Below, piece after piece: positions 50,801 through 58,142 of a stretch of 64,000 nt of DNA. Made by a program: the position numbers and the translations under genes. Under the pieces are notes generated by a model. It ran no database searches. It was not told where the DNA came from and saw only the letters and a list, made by a program, of their open reading frames with translations. The DNA comes from a virus. The stretch lies in the IMG/VR virus record IMGVR_UViG_3300037095_000059. One strand, written 5' to 3'. The first letter of the stretch is position 1. Every line of letters begins with the position of its first letter.

Positions 50801-53800
50801 GGCATTAGCTCTTGGGGTATCAGTAGGATGAGAGAACTTCGACACAATAAGGTCTCCATCCAGAGCGATTCCGGTCTTTCCGTCCGGGCTCATAAAGGTT
50901 TTCATTCCTTTATACTCTTCTGGAGAGTAGACAGAAAGCTGCTGATCCGCTCCGGAGGACTCGTGCGCTTTCTTGACTTGGGAAATAGCAGAGTGGAACT
51001 TCTCCGCCGACGTTGGCACTATGCCATAGTCACGGAAAACTTTGACAGGTTCGAAGGATTTGACTACGTTTTGGGCTCTGTACCCGGAGAAGCCTTTTTG
51101 CTGAAGCAGCTTTTCGAGGTTATATTCAATCGGATCGCCATTTTTGCGAGTTAATTTGCGGGCCTGGTCTACAAGACTGAGCGGGTCTTTCGCCCTGTCG
51201 TAGATTTTGTTGTAGTCAAGGTTCGCAAAATACTTCTTGGAGTTTCCCTGGACAGCGGGTTCTCTGTAGGATTCTTCTCCGAAGTACGTTCCTGGAACCT
51301 GTAAACGATCCCGTTCGGCCCCGCGCACACCTGTTCCTGCCAACTCCGGGTTGGTTTCCGTGAAGTCTGGTTTTCTGCTCCAATGGTAGACGCGGCGAAG
51401 GTCCTTGTTTTCGTCCAGTTCCCGGACGCGGGAAGCTAGACCTTGCTGTTTTCCTTTAGTAGGCTCAAATCGAACTTCAGCCTGAGTGCCCTCAGATTCT
51501 GCTGCTTTGGTAGCTTCTTCGTGGGTTGGGAAAGAATCTAGGAGATGGCCTTCCCCGTCGTAGACGTACCATTCTCCTTCAGCACCTTGGCCAGCCCCGC
51601 CTTCCCCTCCTTCTTCCAGGCGTCGTACACTTCCAGCGCCCGTTCCTTGCTCGGCCAACCCACTTGCTCTTGCTTCTGCTGCTTGTCTTTCGGCATAAAT
51701 GTCCTCCACGTGTTGTCTTGCAATTTCGTTGATGCGGGCAAATTTCTCCCGCGCTTGGGGTCCGTGCTTGGCTTCAAGTTCCTTGAAATACTCATCTAGG
51801 AAATTGATTCTCTCTGTTTTTGATGCGCCCGTGTCCACGCCCGCCTGATATTTAGCAGCGGTCTCGGCCACACGAACAACCGGGTTTTGGTCATAATCCA
51901 GCGAATCAAAATATGAATGAGTCACTGTTGGTATTATACCATGTAAACGGTCCCAGGGGGAACCCGGTTCCACTTTAATTTCTCCGCTTGGAAGCCTTGT
52001 GGCCCCGTCTAGGAGGTTGTATACCTCCCCGTTTTGGGAGAGCCATCTTTGCTCGGCGTGTTGAGCTTCTTCTTGTGCAACTAGAATTGAAAACTCAGGA
52101 TTCTCCCCCGGGGTTTTGAGGACAGATGTAGGTCCGGCGAGTTGACGGGCCTTGGAAATCAACTGTCCGATTGAACTCTCTGGATTGAAACGACTTAGGA
52201 GGATGTCCGCTTCCCTCGGAGAGTAGTTTACGCCCGTGCCCGGAGCTTGAGCAATCGTTTGAAAGTCGCCGTAATCTTCTGGACTGAGCCAAACAACAGG
52301 CCGACCATCTGAGCCTACACGCACTTCTCCCGAAGAGGTAGTAGCAACGGACTTGGTTCCTGCTCTCGGCGGGGCTTCGTTGTCGGCTAGAGGGGTTCCC
52401 AGCGGGGCCGGTATGGGCTGGTACTCTCCACCACCTTGGGCTTCAACCAAAACGTTATGTAGTACCCGCGCCTTTTCCGGGTCGGTTTCTGTCGCTATAC
52501 GGGTTTGGCATTCGGCGAGGCGCTCGGTATTGAAGGCTTTATCCTCTTTGGACAAACCGAGAACTGGGTGTGCTTTTCGGAGACCTAGCAGGTCGAAGGC
52601 TGTGTTGTACTTGTTGACAGCGTCCTGCTCAGCGACCGCGTGGGCGGCCTCCCTGTCCTTGTTGACTCTCTCTATTGCCAACCAGCGGTCGGACAGCCTG
52701 GGAACGTCTGTGGAGCCTAGCAGGGGGTTAAACAACTCGCCCGCCGAGCGCAAAGCGTGCGGGGCCCCCAAAGCTCCCATAGCCCCGGAGGCGAACATTT
52801 CTGTTCCATATTCCCAAGCGTGATCGGCGTCCCCTTCTTTCAGGGCGTCGAAGAACCGGGGCGACATCTGAGCCGCTGTTTCCAACTGTTGGTAGGTGAA
52901 TCCCCAGTTCATCACAGTGTTCGCCGTGTCGGCGGCCTTGGTCAGGGCCCCAAAAGACACATCGGGCGCTGCTTTGTGCAGAATCTGGAAGGCTCCTCTT
53001 TGGAGAAGGTTTCCTCCCAGAAGGTCCTTGGTCACGTCCAGTTTTTTATCGGACAGTATGGCAGTTGCTTTTTTCCAATTGTCTACGTTGTACCCGGCGT
53101 CACGAACCGCGTCAGCCAGGGGGAGGAAACCGGACTTGGCTTTGGCTACCGTATCGCCCGTATCCGACAGAGCCTTCAGTTCGTCGGTGGAAAACCCGGG
53201 CATCTTTGTGTTCGCCGTGGCGATAGCAGACCTTTCCGCTTCGGAAAGTGTTCCTTCCTTTAGGGCAGTCCTCTGTGCTTCGCTCAAGCCTACTTCAGAC
53301 AGGTTCTTCTGAAGTTCTTCCGAGGCTAGTTCTGCGTCCCTGTTGATGGGGAAGGTTAGAGCCCGGGCTCGTTCCAACAAACCCAGGTCGTGTCCGCCCG
53401 CTTTCAGGGCACCAGAGATGACCGGCTCAATATCGGGCATACTCTTGGCGGTCTTCAGCGCGATTTTTGACGCACTTATGGCGTCGGCGATCTGAGCGGC
53501 GGTAAATTCCCCAGACTCTTTGAGCGCAGTTTCGCCCGCTCCGGCGATAAATCCTCCGGAGCCGAAAGTTGCGGCAGCTAGAGCCAGCGAAAGTGGACTC
53601 GTGAGACCCGCCGCGATGTGCTCCACACCGCGCCCAAACCCGCCCATTCCCAAATCTTCGGGAAGACCAAAGACAGAGGAGTCGAGCAGGGGGGTGTTCG
53701 CCCAATCCCAAGCGCGAGAGTACCAGCTTTGACTTGGGTCTTGGTACAAGTGCTGAGGAGGAGTGGCGGGGCCAACAGATTGTTGTCCATTACCCGGACT

Positions 53801-53956
53801 AGAAGCGGAAGAACCCCCAAATAATAGGCCAAACGCAGAAGACCCAGAACCCCCAACAGCCGGGGCCGCTGCGCCAACGGCGGCCTCTCCTGTCGAAGGA
53901 GTCTGGGTTTCTTTGTTTTCCGAAGAGAAAAGCAGGGAGTAAGCTGAATCGGGCAT
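44825..53956 (-). CDS. giant multidomain virion protein (3,043 aa), polyvalent / ejection-protein-like
   Basis: A single uninterrupted ORF with coding-like composition throughout. Gly/Ala/Ser-rich N-terminus, hydrophobic segments near the C-terminus, and a position inside the structural arm. Confidence 0.85.
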   Translation of the reverse strand: MPDSAYSLLFSSENKETQTPSTGEAAVGAAAPAVGGSGSSAFGLLFGGSSASSPGNGQQSVGPATPPQHLYQDPSQSWYSRAWDWANTPLLDSSVFGLPEDLGMGGFGRGVEHIAAGLTSPLSLALAAATFGSGGFIAGAGETALKESGEFTAAQIADAISASKIALKTAKSMPDIEPVISGALKAGGHDLGLLERARALTFPINRDAELASEELQKNLSEVGLSEAQRTALKEGTLSEAERSAIATANTKMPGFSTDELKALSDTGDTVAKAKSGFLPLADAVRDAGYNVDNWKKATAILSDKKLDVTKDLLGGNLLQRGAFQILHKAAPDVSFGALTKAADTANTVMNWGFTYQQLETAAQMSPRFFDALKEGDADHAWEYGTEMFASGAMGALGAPHALRSAGELFNPLLGSTDVPRLSDRWLAIERVNKDREAAHAVAEQDAVNKYNTAFDLLGLRKAHPVLGLSKEDKAFNTERLAECQTRIATETDPEKARVLHNVLVEAQGGGEYQPIPAPLGTPLADNEAPPRAGTKSVATTSSGEVRVGSDGRPVVWLSPEDYGDFQTIAQAPGTGVNYSPREADILLSRFNPESSIGQLISKARQLAGPTSVLKTPGENPEFSILVAQEEAQHAEQRWLSQNGEVYNLLDGATRLPSGEIKVEPGSPWDRLHGIIPTVTHSYFDSLDYDQNPVVRVAETAAKYQAGVDTGASKTERINFLDEYFKELEAKHGPQAREKFARINEIARQHVEDIYAERQAAEARASGLAEQGTGAGSVRRLEEGGEGGAGQGAEGEWYVYDGEGHLLDSFPTHEEATKAAESEGTQAEVRFEPTKGKQQGLASRVRELDENKDLRRVYHWSRKPDFTETNPELAGTGVRGAERDRLQVPGTYFGEESYREPAVQGNSKKYFANLDYNKIYDRAKDPLSLVDQARKLTRKNGDPIEYNLEKLLQQKGFSGYRAQNVVKSFEPVKVFRDYGIVPTSAEKFHSAISQVKKAHESSGADQQLSVYSPEEYKGMKTFMSPDGKTGIALDGDLIVSKFSHPTDTPRANANLMRVAIENGGRRSDGFDTYLPAINAREGMKVVARLPWNDAYAPEGWNYDKMKQYNGGHPDVVFMAYDPTYKGPYEPGQGVRVDSYQGGEAVQKAALRGEPISPLSGLASREKPAEWEDIKSHLTPEEVQKHDTPEKQNLLTAAFNSMPDHEEWTAAIRAGKAGQLWYERSTRAFDALIDSGIPWLGKADKDKFLNFTAALSPVQPVQANLRMALNLWAKWDKAGRPQDVTWKDGKVASKNASLYRVLAGRGETQGVDLPARMGNAIHALQGEPLSGPKVSSFTKNLGKDSSRVTNDTWMAVFGDHDPNRINKPAVYDAMSAKVREAAKAEGVEPRQAQAAIWCFIKSLAELSGWGNDRWIPPQEIIKQGLLTPELVAQHSADFADMLKTNPEIRGVIKKLGGDLNALDTKLETYVPRKPSTGEAAGSSPELLNAAGRLEAARRDSRIASHLARKSGASLFDTEFGPDNGLFSKEKDNRAPVWYLKSNQLVDSRMQGPMPADTVLKMLENNGVKPDELKYTGLSDFLREKGSAPVRPEEVKDYLAANNLQVQEVTKQENTPPPDRISRQLYGRDYGGLSEDQREVVDSAVNRWDAGEKFDPAKFGTYTLPGAEPGSYRELLMTLPNYGQSKNVFDYNEDFRSAHWDEPNVVGHVRFNDRTGPNGEKLLHLEELQSDWHQKGRTQGYNLDPARIESLRKEASDLRERLKDPVTDEELANYFKPGNIVNSYGGKDKVISFHPADPNGKGWDRVWSVKVHAIDPETGELDPREYDRTHSTRPDAGDVHPELQARLNEISKETVHSGVPDAPFKKTDEWTGLFFKRMIRYAAENGYDGISWTPGVEHFNRWGSERFDWEKTEDGKWTVAGTYQHGGNAGGVDLEGEATRRGLLNKSGGQVKSQADLRAIVHRVLHIAGREKVDAVTKKLWDRMQTEPTGASMPRKEGFESYYDQITPQVANKLGKQFGAKVGETKIKVSDGSKTRIYEGPTLSTADLDKIASEAEGTQLEGQARAVAYEVRYSRIPFAEAVRDFGSEAYAEKIGGKLNIQKEVKTSAVPYFPITDSMRESVLHQGQPLFSRESPDNGHLPPNIDDMIQNNVFKDKPKEYRDLVMSVHRKAATTAPDPQMKSAMDFIRNEHDRSFEIGSTNDILQHYIDDYFQRTWDNSNPEGRVISSDAKNGKFATNVTMARRRVYDSTLTGLLKSPKQLKFDIVNNMARGRAEIIKAAANRQFIRSLRDDFSRGSDGRPAVVLAGSGRVVTGQDGEDPKTFISPDRVQKINIAQSNIDEMKKTGYFDRFLADGTIKDITPHVHPDNIGMAIDRLEKQALSKNAQYDEMGNNKLRTDLMYLKSMLANKDYSGLREFNGAQKPVYAWDPQDYVTLDHNAMRGWNFVTNDSAGHGILVDADIKAHPEFAQYLKNRLGLEESGIAKNPIGKALLGAGSAAKHVLLSLSPFHMVQIGLRGVMTGINPFTLHGPDLLDGAKIDPSNPHSETKLLAMVRQGYTTGTDFRGQQQMSEGLSTGGDALRRIPGIGNTIANSMNWYQDFLFKRYIPAMKATAGEHLFDQYRASHPEWSNDRVAKAAALHANESFGGINWRAMGRSTTTQDWGRLMLLAPDWLESEMRSGARLFNREEGNIGRKQVVMMTLGMWGIARVLNTLSTGSPHLEAPFGLAVKNKEGKEIIFGMRTLPTDLLHAATDPVGFIKGRLSPTIHAGQELLTQRDSFGRKLGPEDLWADVFHNMMPIPGQAIGQAVTGTGPQVGTVGQVWKAGGGTAQVYATPAQKMAAELAANHNEDGPIDKAQMDRHRRIMDLEDQVRSGETSWPELVKLAYNTDQLKESELKKIQLNLTKTKGMDSTMASLYTRASRLPAAEFFKLFDTMNNSEKTALIPLTQSVMKRYTAKAMKDMTPSERAKDPVLQRILNMMHPGGIPQASAAPAPVIPPAVQQEAAHLNAGVQQYLHTATHPITGHQVASNDGHNWVDRQTGEPING
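47551..47565 (-). repeat. dispersed motif, exact (reverse on + strand)
   Basis: gtccattatccggac inside the giant ORF (codes SPDNGH on the - strand). Confidence 0.9.
49390..49404 (-). repeat. dispersed motif, exact (reverse on + strand)
   Basis: gtccattatccggac inside the giant ORF (GPDNGL). Confidence 0.9.
50479..50493 (+). repeat. dispersed motif, exact
   Basis: gtccggataatggac inside the giant ORF (SPLSGL on the - strand). Confidence 0.9.
53785..53799 (-). repeat. dispersed motif, exact (reverse on + strand)
   Basis: gtccattacccggac inside the giant ORF N-terminus (SPGNGQ). Confidence 0.9.
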
Positions 53957-53968
53957 GTTGTCCTATAT

Positions 53969-55789
53969 TTACCGAGAGGCGCTGGTTGTTACGTTCGAAG
54001 AATTCAAATTGGGATAGGGAGACATTACGCGGCCATCGGTTGGGCGGGGGGCAACAGTGATCCCCTTCTCCTGCGCCTGTTGAATTACTTTCCGAAGAGC
54101 AGCTTCTCGGGACATGGGGGTCTTAGCTATCAATTGATCGGCGGCTTCCGTGGCTCTTATCCAAGGCATCGGAGTTTTGGAATCCCGCAGCGCGGCTTGT
54201 TGGTCCTCTGGTTTGAGATTAGAAGACGTGATATACCTGTAAGCGTCCGGGGTTCCTGGCTGAATTTTATCATCCTGTTGCATCTTACCCAAGAGCAGGG
54301 ATGAAGGCGCATCGGGCGGAGGTGGCGGGTTAACTATGTCTTCTTTCTTCTTCTTGGTTCCGGGATGTAGCTCGTGGTACTTGTCCACGACAGCTTTCCA
54401 ACCGTCGTCCATTTGCGTCTGAAGAGCTTTGTAATTTGGGTCTGTTGGTTGCAATTCTTTCTGTTGCTTCAAAAGCTCGTCGTTCTGTGCCTTAGTTAGG
54501 TCGAACAAGTCCTTGTATTCCCTCTCCCCCTGCTCTCTGCTTGCGTTAGTATTCGCACGGTTCATATTTTGTTGCGCTCTAAATTGATTTCCCAACCCAA
54601 TAACTCGGTCAAGAGACATGTTGACAGTGCCTTCGGGATTCGGGAACACCGTTTCTCCCGCGAGTTTGTTTACCTGCGCCTTGTCCATAGGGAACAACTT
54701 AGTCATAGAATCTACCGGAACGTCGTAAATTCGAACGTTGGTATTCGCGGTCTTGTCCATTGGCTTGCCCGTGGTTTGATCCGTCCAAGCGTTTTGGTCT
54801 GGGTCCCATTTCTCTTGGTCCCCAGTAATCGTGTCCACGAAAATGCGATGTGAGTTTTGTTCTGTCGGATCATTATCCGGGTGTAGCGCAGCCCCTTTAG
54901 TCTCCACGACTTTGTCTCGAAGAGCATAGAAATTCATAATCGGGGGCAAGTCTTTAGGGTCTTGGGCCCCCCGCGCCTCTAGCGTGTCCATTATGACTCT
55001 TGTCGAATCATTGATCTTGTCAATACGACCCTGATCCTCAAAGTCCATTGTGTGCTGGGACTCTATGATGTTGTGCTGATACATTTTTATTTGGGCTTGT
55101 GACACCAGCTTTTGTTGGTAAGCAGTATCAGCCTTCTGTGCATCTTCAGTCGCCTGCCGCTGGTTCTGCCATTGTTCTTGTGCTTGGTCGTGGGCCCGCG
55201 CTCTTGCTTTGTCTTGCATTTCGGTTGCGGCGTTCCAGCCCATACCAGCACCAGCAACACCGTGCCCCGCTCCGGAGGCGGCCCCGGCCAAAACCCCGGC
55301 CAGGAGATTGCGGAAGAAGAAGCCAGGAGAGTTTTGTTTTGGCTGATTGACCGGAGCCCCTGTAGGATTTCCATCCGCGTCTACCGGCTGAACATATTGG
55401 TCGCTCTTGCCTTCGATGGCTTGCATGATCTTTGAATGAAGAAAACCGTGCTGCACGACGGGGTCCGATAGAGTGGTATGAAACGGCTTTCCAACATCGG
55501 ACATCGGCACAAACCCGACGGTCTTCCGAACAGCAGGAGCCGCCCCCTCAGCAGGGGTTCCGCCTGCCCTCGAAGCGGGGGCCGTCGTGGTTTGAGCCGG
55601 AGCTTGAGTAGGCGCAGGAGTTCCCGGGGTCGTGTTCGCCGCCGCAGCGGGGGGAACAGAAGACACGGTAGGCGGCACCTGGGCTGCTGCGGCGTCCCCG
55701 TTAGGCGACGGGGAAAAGCCCGACATATTGGAAGTTGCTGCGGGGGAGGGGGTTGCCATTGCGTTTGGGGAGTCGGTTGGTCCTGGCAT
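53969..55789 (-). CDS. virion-module protein (606 aa), Ala/Pro/Thr-rich N-terminus
   Basis: ORF-track ORF, 12 nt upstream of the giant ORF. No recognisable catalytic motif. Confidence 0.7.
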   Translation of the reverse strand: MPGPTDSPNAMATPSPAATSNMSGFSPSPNGDAAAAQVPPTVSSVPPAAAANTTPGTPAPTQAPAQTTTAPASRAGGTPAEGAAPAVRKTVGFVPMSDVGKPFHTTLSDPVVQHGFLHSKIMQAIEGKSDQYVQPVDADGNPTGAPVNQPKQNSPGFFFRNLLAGVLAGAASGAGHGVAGAGMGWNAATEMQDKARARAHDQAQEQWQNQRQATEDAQKADTAYQQKLVSQAQIKMYQHNIIESQHTMDFEDQGRIDKINDSTRVIMDTLEARGAQDPKDLPPIMNFYALRDKVVETKGAALHPDNDPTEQNSHRIFVDTITGDQEKWDPDQNAWTDQTTGKPMDKTANTNVRIYDVPVDSMTKLFPMDKAQVNKLAGETVFPNPEGTVNMSLDRVIGLGNQFRAQQNMNRANTNASREQGEREYKDLFDLTKAQNDELLKQQKELQPTDPNYKALQTQMDDGWKAVVDKYHELHPGTKKKKEDIVNPPPPPDAPSSLLLGKMQQDDKIQPGTPDAYRYITSSNLKPEDQQAALRDSKTPMPWIRATEAADQLIAKTPMSREAALRKVIQQAQEKGITVAPRPTDGRVMSPYPNLNSSNVTTSASR

Positions 55790-56184
55790 TATTTGTTCTC
55801 CAAGAAGTAGCTAAGTGGTGTGGTCCGGGAAATGGACGTGTCTTTCAGGGCCCTCTTCAGGAACTTCAAAATCTGATCTTGTCCAAGTTTTTCATTGAAT
55901 CCCAAGACCCTCATAAGGTTTTCGAGTTTGTCGTCCTTTTTAATACCGGCGCGAGACTCCCCTTTGATCTTGATCTCCAGGTCAAAGCAAGAAGCACGAT
56001 ACCCGGCGAGCCACGACGTAAACAACCTCATGCCTTTTTCATCTATCGAGTTTTTGCCCGGGCGACTGAAGTTCAAGACTCCAATTGGATTACGAGCCTG
56101 GTAGAGGTCTCCATCGGGGTTTGTGGTTGCCCCTTTGAGGTGCGCCAAAGCATCAACTAGGGCTTCTACGCGATTAACGGACAT
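55789..56184 (-). CDS. hypothetical virion-module protein
   Basis: ORF-track ORF. Its stop overlaps the downstream start. Confidence 0.6.
   Translation of the reverse strand: MSVNRVEALVDALAHLKGATTNPDGDLYQARNPIGVLNFSRPGKNSIDEKGMRLFTSWLAGYRASCFDLEIKIKGESRAGIKKDDKLENLMRVLGFNEKLGQDQILKFLKRALKDTSISRTTPLSYFLENK
55823..55837 (+). repeat. dispersed motif, 1-mismatch variant
   Basis: gtccgggaaatggac inside the - strand CDS 55789..56184. Confidence 0.6.
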
Positions 56185-56238
56185 GGCGTACCTTCTCTCT
56201 GTGCTTTTGCTTTTGCGAGTAAGTATTCAAACATCAGG

Positions 56239-56952
56239 CTATCCTCCCGACATCACTTTAGCGGCCCCGCCCATAGCTCCGGTAGCCAGACCCATGATGT
56301 TGTTCATCTCTTCTTGGTTGGCAGCCTGAACGGCGTTGGCCTCGGAGTTGGCGGAGTTGCTCATGCCCGTGGCGGCGTTGGCCATACCCGTAGCGTTTTG
56401 CTGACCGGCCACACTTAGTTCTCCGGATAAGGCGTTGTTGTAGTTCTGATAGCCTTGGTTGTAGCTGGCTTGCAGGTTTTGGGTCAGGCCGGATTGGGTT
56501 TCGTTTGCGGCGGCGGTTGCGAGGGTGGCCGCTTGCTGCGAAGCTACGCCGGAGGGCAGCATGGAGTTTCCTCCACCTTGGGCGGCTTGGTTTTCTTGCA
56601 GAGTCTTTTTCGCCGAGGCGTACTGCTGTCCAGTATTCTGAATCACCGAGGAGTTCAGGGTGTTCATTTCCTGCGTGTTGTAGCCCTGCTGGTTCGAACC
56701 CGCAGCGATTACAGAAGCGAACGTCGTGTTCAAAGACCCCAGGATGCTTTGGTTCGCCGCAAACTGTGTGTTTACGTCGTCAAGATAAGTCTTTTGCGCG
56801 GCAAGCTCGGCGTCCTGAGCTTGTGTTTGGGCTGCCGAAGCACCTTTCAGGAGAGCAAAGGGGCCCGTCCGGGTAATGGACTTTTCATAGAGCAGGATAT
56901 AGCGGGATTGGCGCTCGCTCCAAACATAGACTGCTTTTGTAGTGACCTTCAT
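56239..56952 (-). CDS. Gln/Asn/Ala/Gly-rich virion-module protein
   Basis: ORF-track ORF with a low-complexity Q/N/A/G-rich body, as in scaffold or internal proteins. Confidence 0.65.
   Translation of the reverse strand: MKVTTKAVYVWSERQSRYILLYEKSITRTGPFALLKGASAAQTQAQDAELAAQKTYLDDVNTQFAANQSILGSLNTTFASVIAAGSNQQGYNTQEMNTLNSSVIQNTGQQYASAKKTLQENQAAQGGGNSMLPSGVASQQAATLATAAANETQSGLTQNLQASYNQGYQNYNNALSGELSVAGQQNATGMANAATGMSNSANSEANAVQAANQEEMNNIMGLATGAMGGAAKVMSGG
56867..56881 (+). repeat. dispersed motif, exact
   Basis: gtccgggtaatggac inside the - strand CDS 56239..56952 (ITRTGP). Confidence 0.9.
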
Positions 56953-57363
56953 TTAGCCCTCTAATTCTCTGATCTTAACGCGGTAAACGGACCAAGGCAG
57001 CTTCTCAAAGACTTCCTGGTTCGTTGTCATGTGGTTCGTTCCGTCCTGTGTCCCCAGGAAATAAATCTCACCCACGCCCTTGAGGTGGGCTTGCGTAACC
57101 GTCTCCTGAAATAATTCTTTCATCGCGGTTGCAATTTGAAGCTTGGTGGCTCCCGGGCGGGCGGCGAAGCTGTCCATTATGAACGCTTGCTGAATCGGTT
57201 GGTAGGCCAAGGCCCCGTCTTTGTCGTAGGCGCAGAGCACGAACGTAGACGGGTATTTGACAACCTCCGGGTCGAACTCGTTGTCCGGGGTCTCCAGGGA
57301 CCAGTCTACAAATTTCTTCGTATCGTCAGGTTTTGCAGGCCGCACGAAAACAAGATTGTGCAT
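56953..57363 (-). CDS. GNAT-like acetyltransferase (tentative)
   Basis: ATG 57363 follows GGAGAAAC. About 136 aa. VFVRPAKPDD ... ARPGATKLQIATAMKEL has the layout of the GNAT acetyl-CoA motif. Confidence 0.4.
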   Translation of the reverse strand: MHNLVFVRPAKPDDTKKFVDWSLETPDNEFDPEVVKYPSTFVLCAYDKDGALAYQPIQQAFIMDSFAARPGATKLQIATAMKELFQETVTQAHLKGVGEIYFLGTQDGTNHMTTNQEVFEKLPWSVYRVKIRELEG

Positions 57364-57377
57364 TGTTTCTCCTTTAA

Positions 57378-57764
57378 CTATTTCCAAAAATGCCCTACGG
57401 CGTACATTATGGCGGCTAAGAACAAGGGCCAAAACTTTTCCAGCAAGCTCTTCTCACCGGACGAAGAGTCACGACTTGCCCGCAGGTCGTCTATCTCCTC
57501 GCAAAGCCGCTGATGCTCCCGGTCGTACACCTCTCGCTTGACAAAGTCCGCCCGGTCTTCGGCGAGTTGTTCCTTTGTCCTGTTTAGGTGTACCAAGTGA
57601 ATATCAGTTGCTGCCTTCGCCAAATCAAGAGCTTTGGCTTCCAGCCGATGGGTCTCCGGGTGCTGATCCTGCCACTTCTCAACCACCGCCAGGCGAACAA
57701 AGATCGACGGAAGAGCGGCGTGAACCTTCTCGAATTCTTTTGAAAGGTGATCTATGTCGGTCAT
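57378..57764 (-). CDS. coiled-coil protein with C-terminal TM segment
   Basis: ORF-track ORF. The C-terminal FWPLFLAAIMYAVGHFW is hydrophobic. Confidence 0.55.
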   Translation of the reverse strand: MTDIDHLSKEFEKVHAALPSIFVRLAVVEKWQDQHPETHRLEAKALDLAKAATDIHLVHLNRTKEQLAEDRADFVKREVYDREHQRLCEEIDDLRASRDSSSGEKSLLEKFWPLFLAAIMYAVGHFWK

Positions 57765-58133
57765 CTACGGCATCCTTGAGAGTAAGATGTTGATGCTGTC
57801 GCTTAAACGAGAAAACCCGTCTCGTAGGTCTTCTCGCAAGCCGTATAAAGCGTCGTTGGTCTTGTCCAGCTTATCGTTGGTCTTTTCCTGCTCGGCTTGA
57901 ATGTGCGCTAAATGGTTGTCTTTGATTTGGACAAGGTCGCCGCTGGCGGTATCAAGCTTATCCCCGTATTTTTCAAACTTACGGGCGACAGAATACAGCC
58001 GCTGAAGAAATAGCAGGAGCGCAGCCCAGCCCGCAACATACTGCCAGTTTTGAGAGAGCCACACACCGGGGTTCCAAGGAGAATTAAACATTTGTCGGCC
58101 TAAAGCAAGGGATGAGTCTCTAACGTAGTCCAT
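57765..58133 (-). CDS. protein with N-terminal TM segment and coiled coil
   Basis: The start codon is the ATG of the motif copy at 58128. WQYVAGWAALLLFL is a TM-like segment. Confidence 0.55.
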   Translation of the reverse strand: MDYVRDSSLALGRQMFNSPWNPGVWLSQNWQYVAGWAALLLFLQRLYSVARKFEKYGDKLDTASGDLVQIKDNHLAHIQAEQEKTNDKLDKTNDALYGLREDLRDGFSRLSDSINILLSRMP

Positions 58134-58142
58134 TATCCGGAC
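58128..58142 (-). repeat. dispersed motif, exact (forward relative to - strand genes)
   Basis: The - strand reads TAGTCCGGATAATGGAC. TAG is the stop of CDS 58142..58645. ATG is the start of CDS 57765..58133. Confidence 0.9.

Noticed and set aside
51933-51941. TGGTATAAT on the - strand inside the giant ORF as an internal late promoter
   Set aside because: It is a single 9-mer with no -35 element. About 0.5 occurrences are expected by chance in 2 x 64 kb, and it lies in the middle of a coding region.
45266-53312. Many + strand ORFs of 60-240 aa inside the giant gene, e.g. 46607..47221, 48530..49249, 50564..51154, 52353..52823 and 52757..53263
   Set aside because: They lie antisense to a continuous 9.1-kb ORF, lack SD sequences, and have Arg/Ser/Leu/Val/Gly-rich composition typical of antisense frames.
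44825-53956. The giant ORF as an N4-like virion RNA polymerase
   Set aside because: I could not find T7-like RNAP motifs by eye, such as DxxGR, an Rx3Kx7YG-type motif B or an HD(S/C) motif C. This is left open for profile searches, but I do not claim it.
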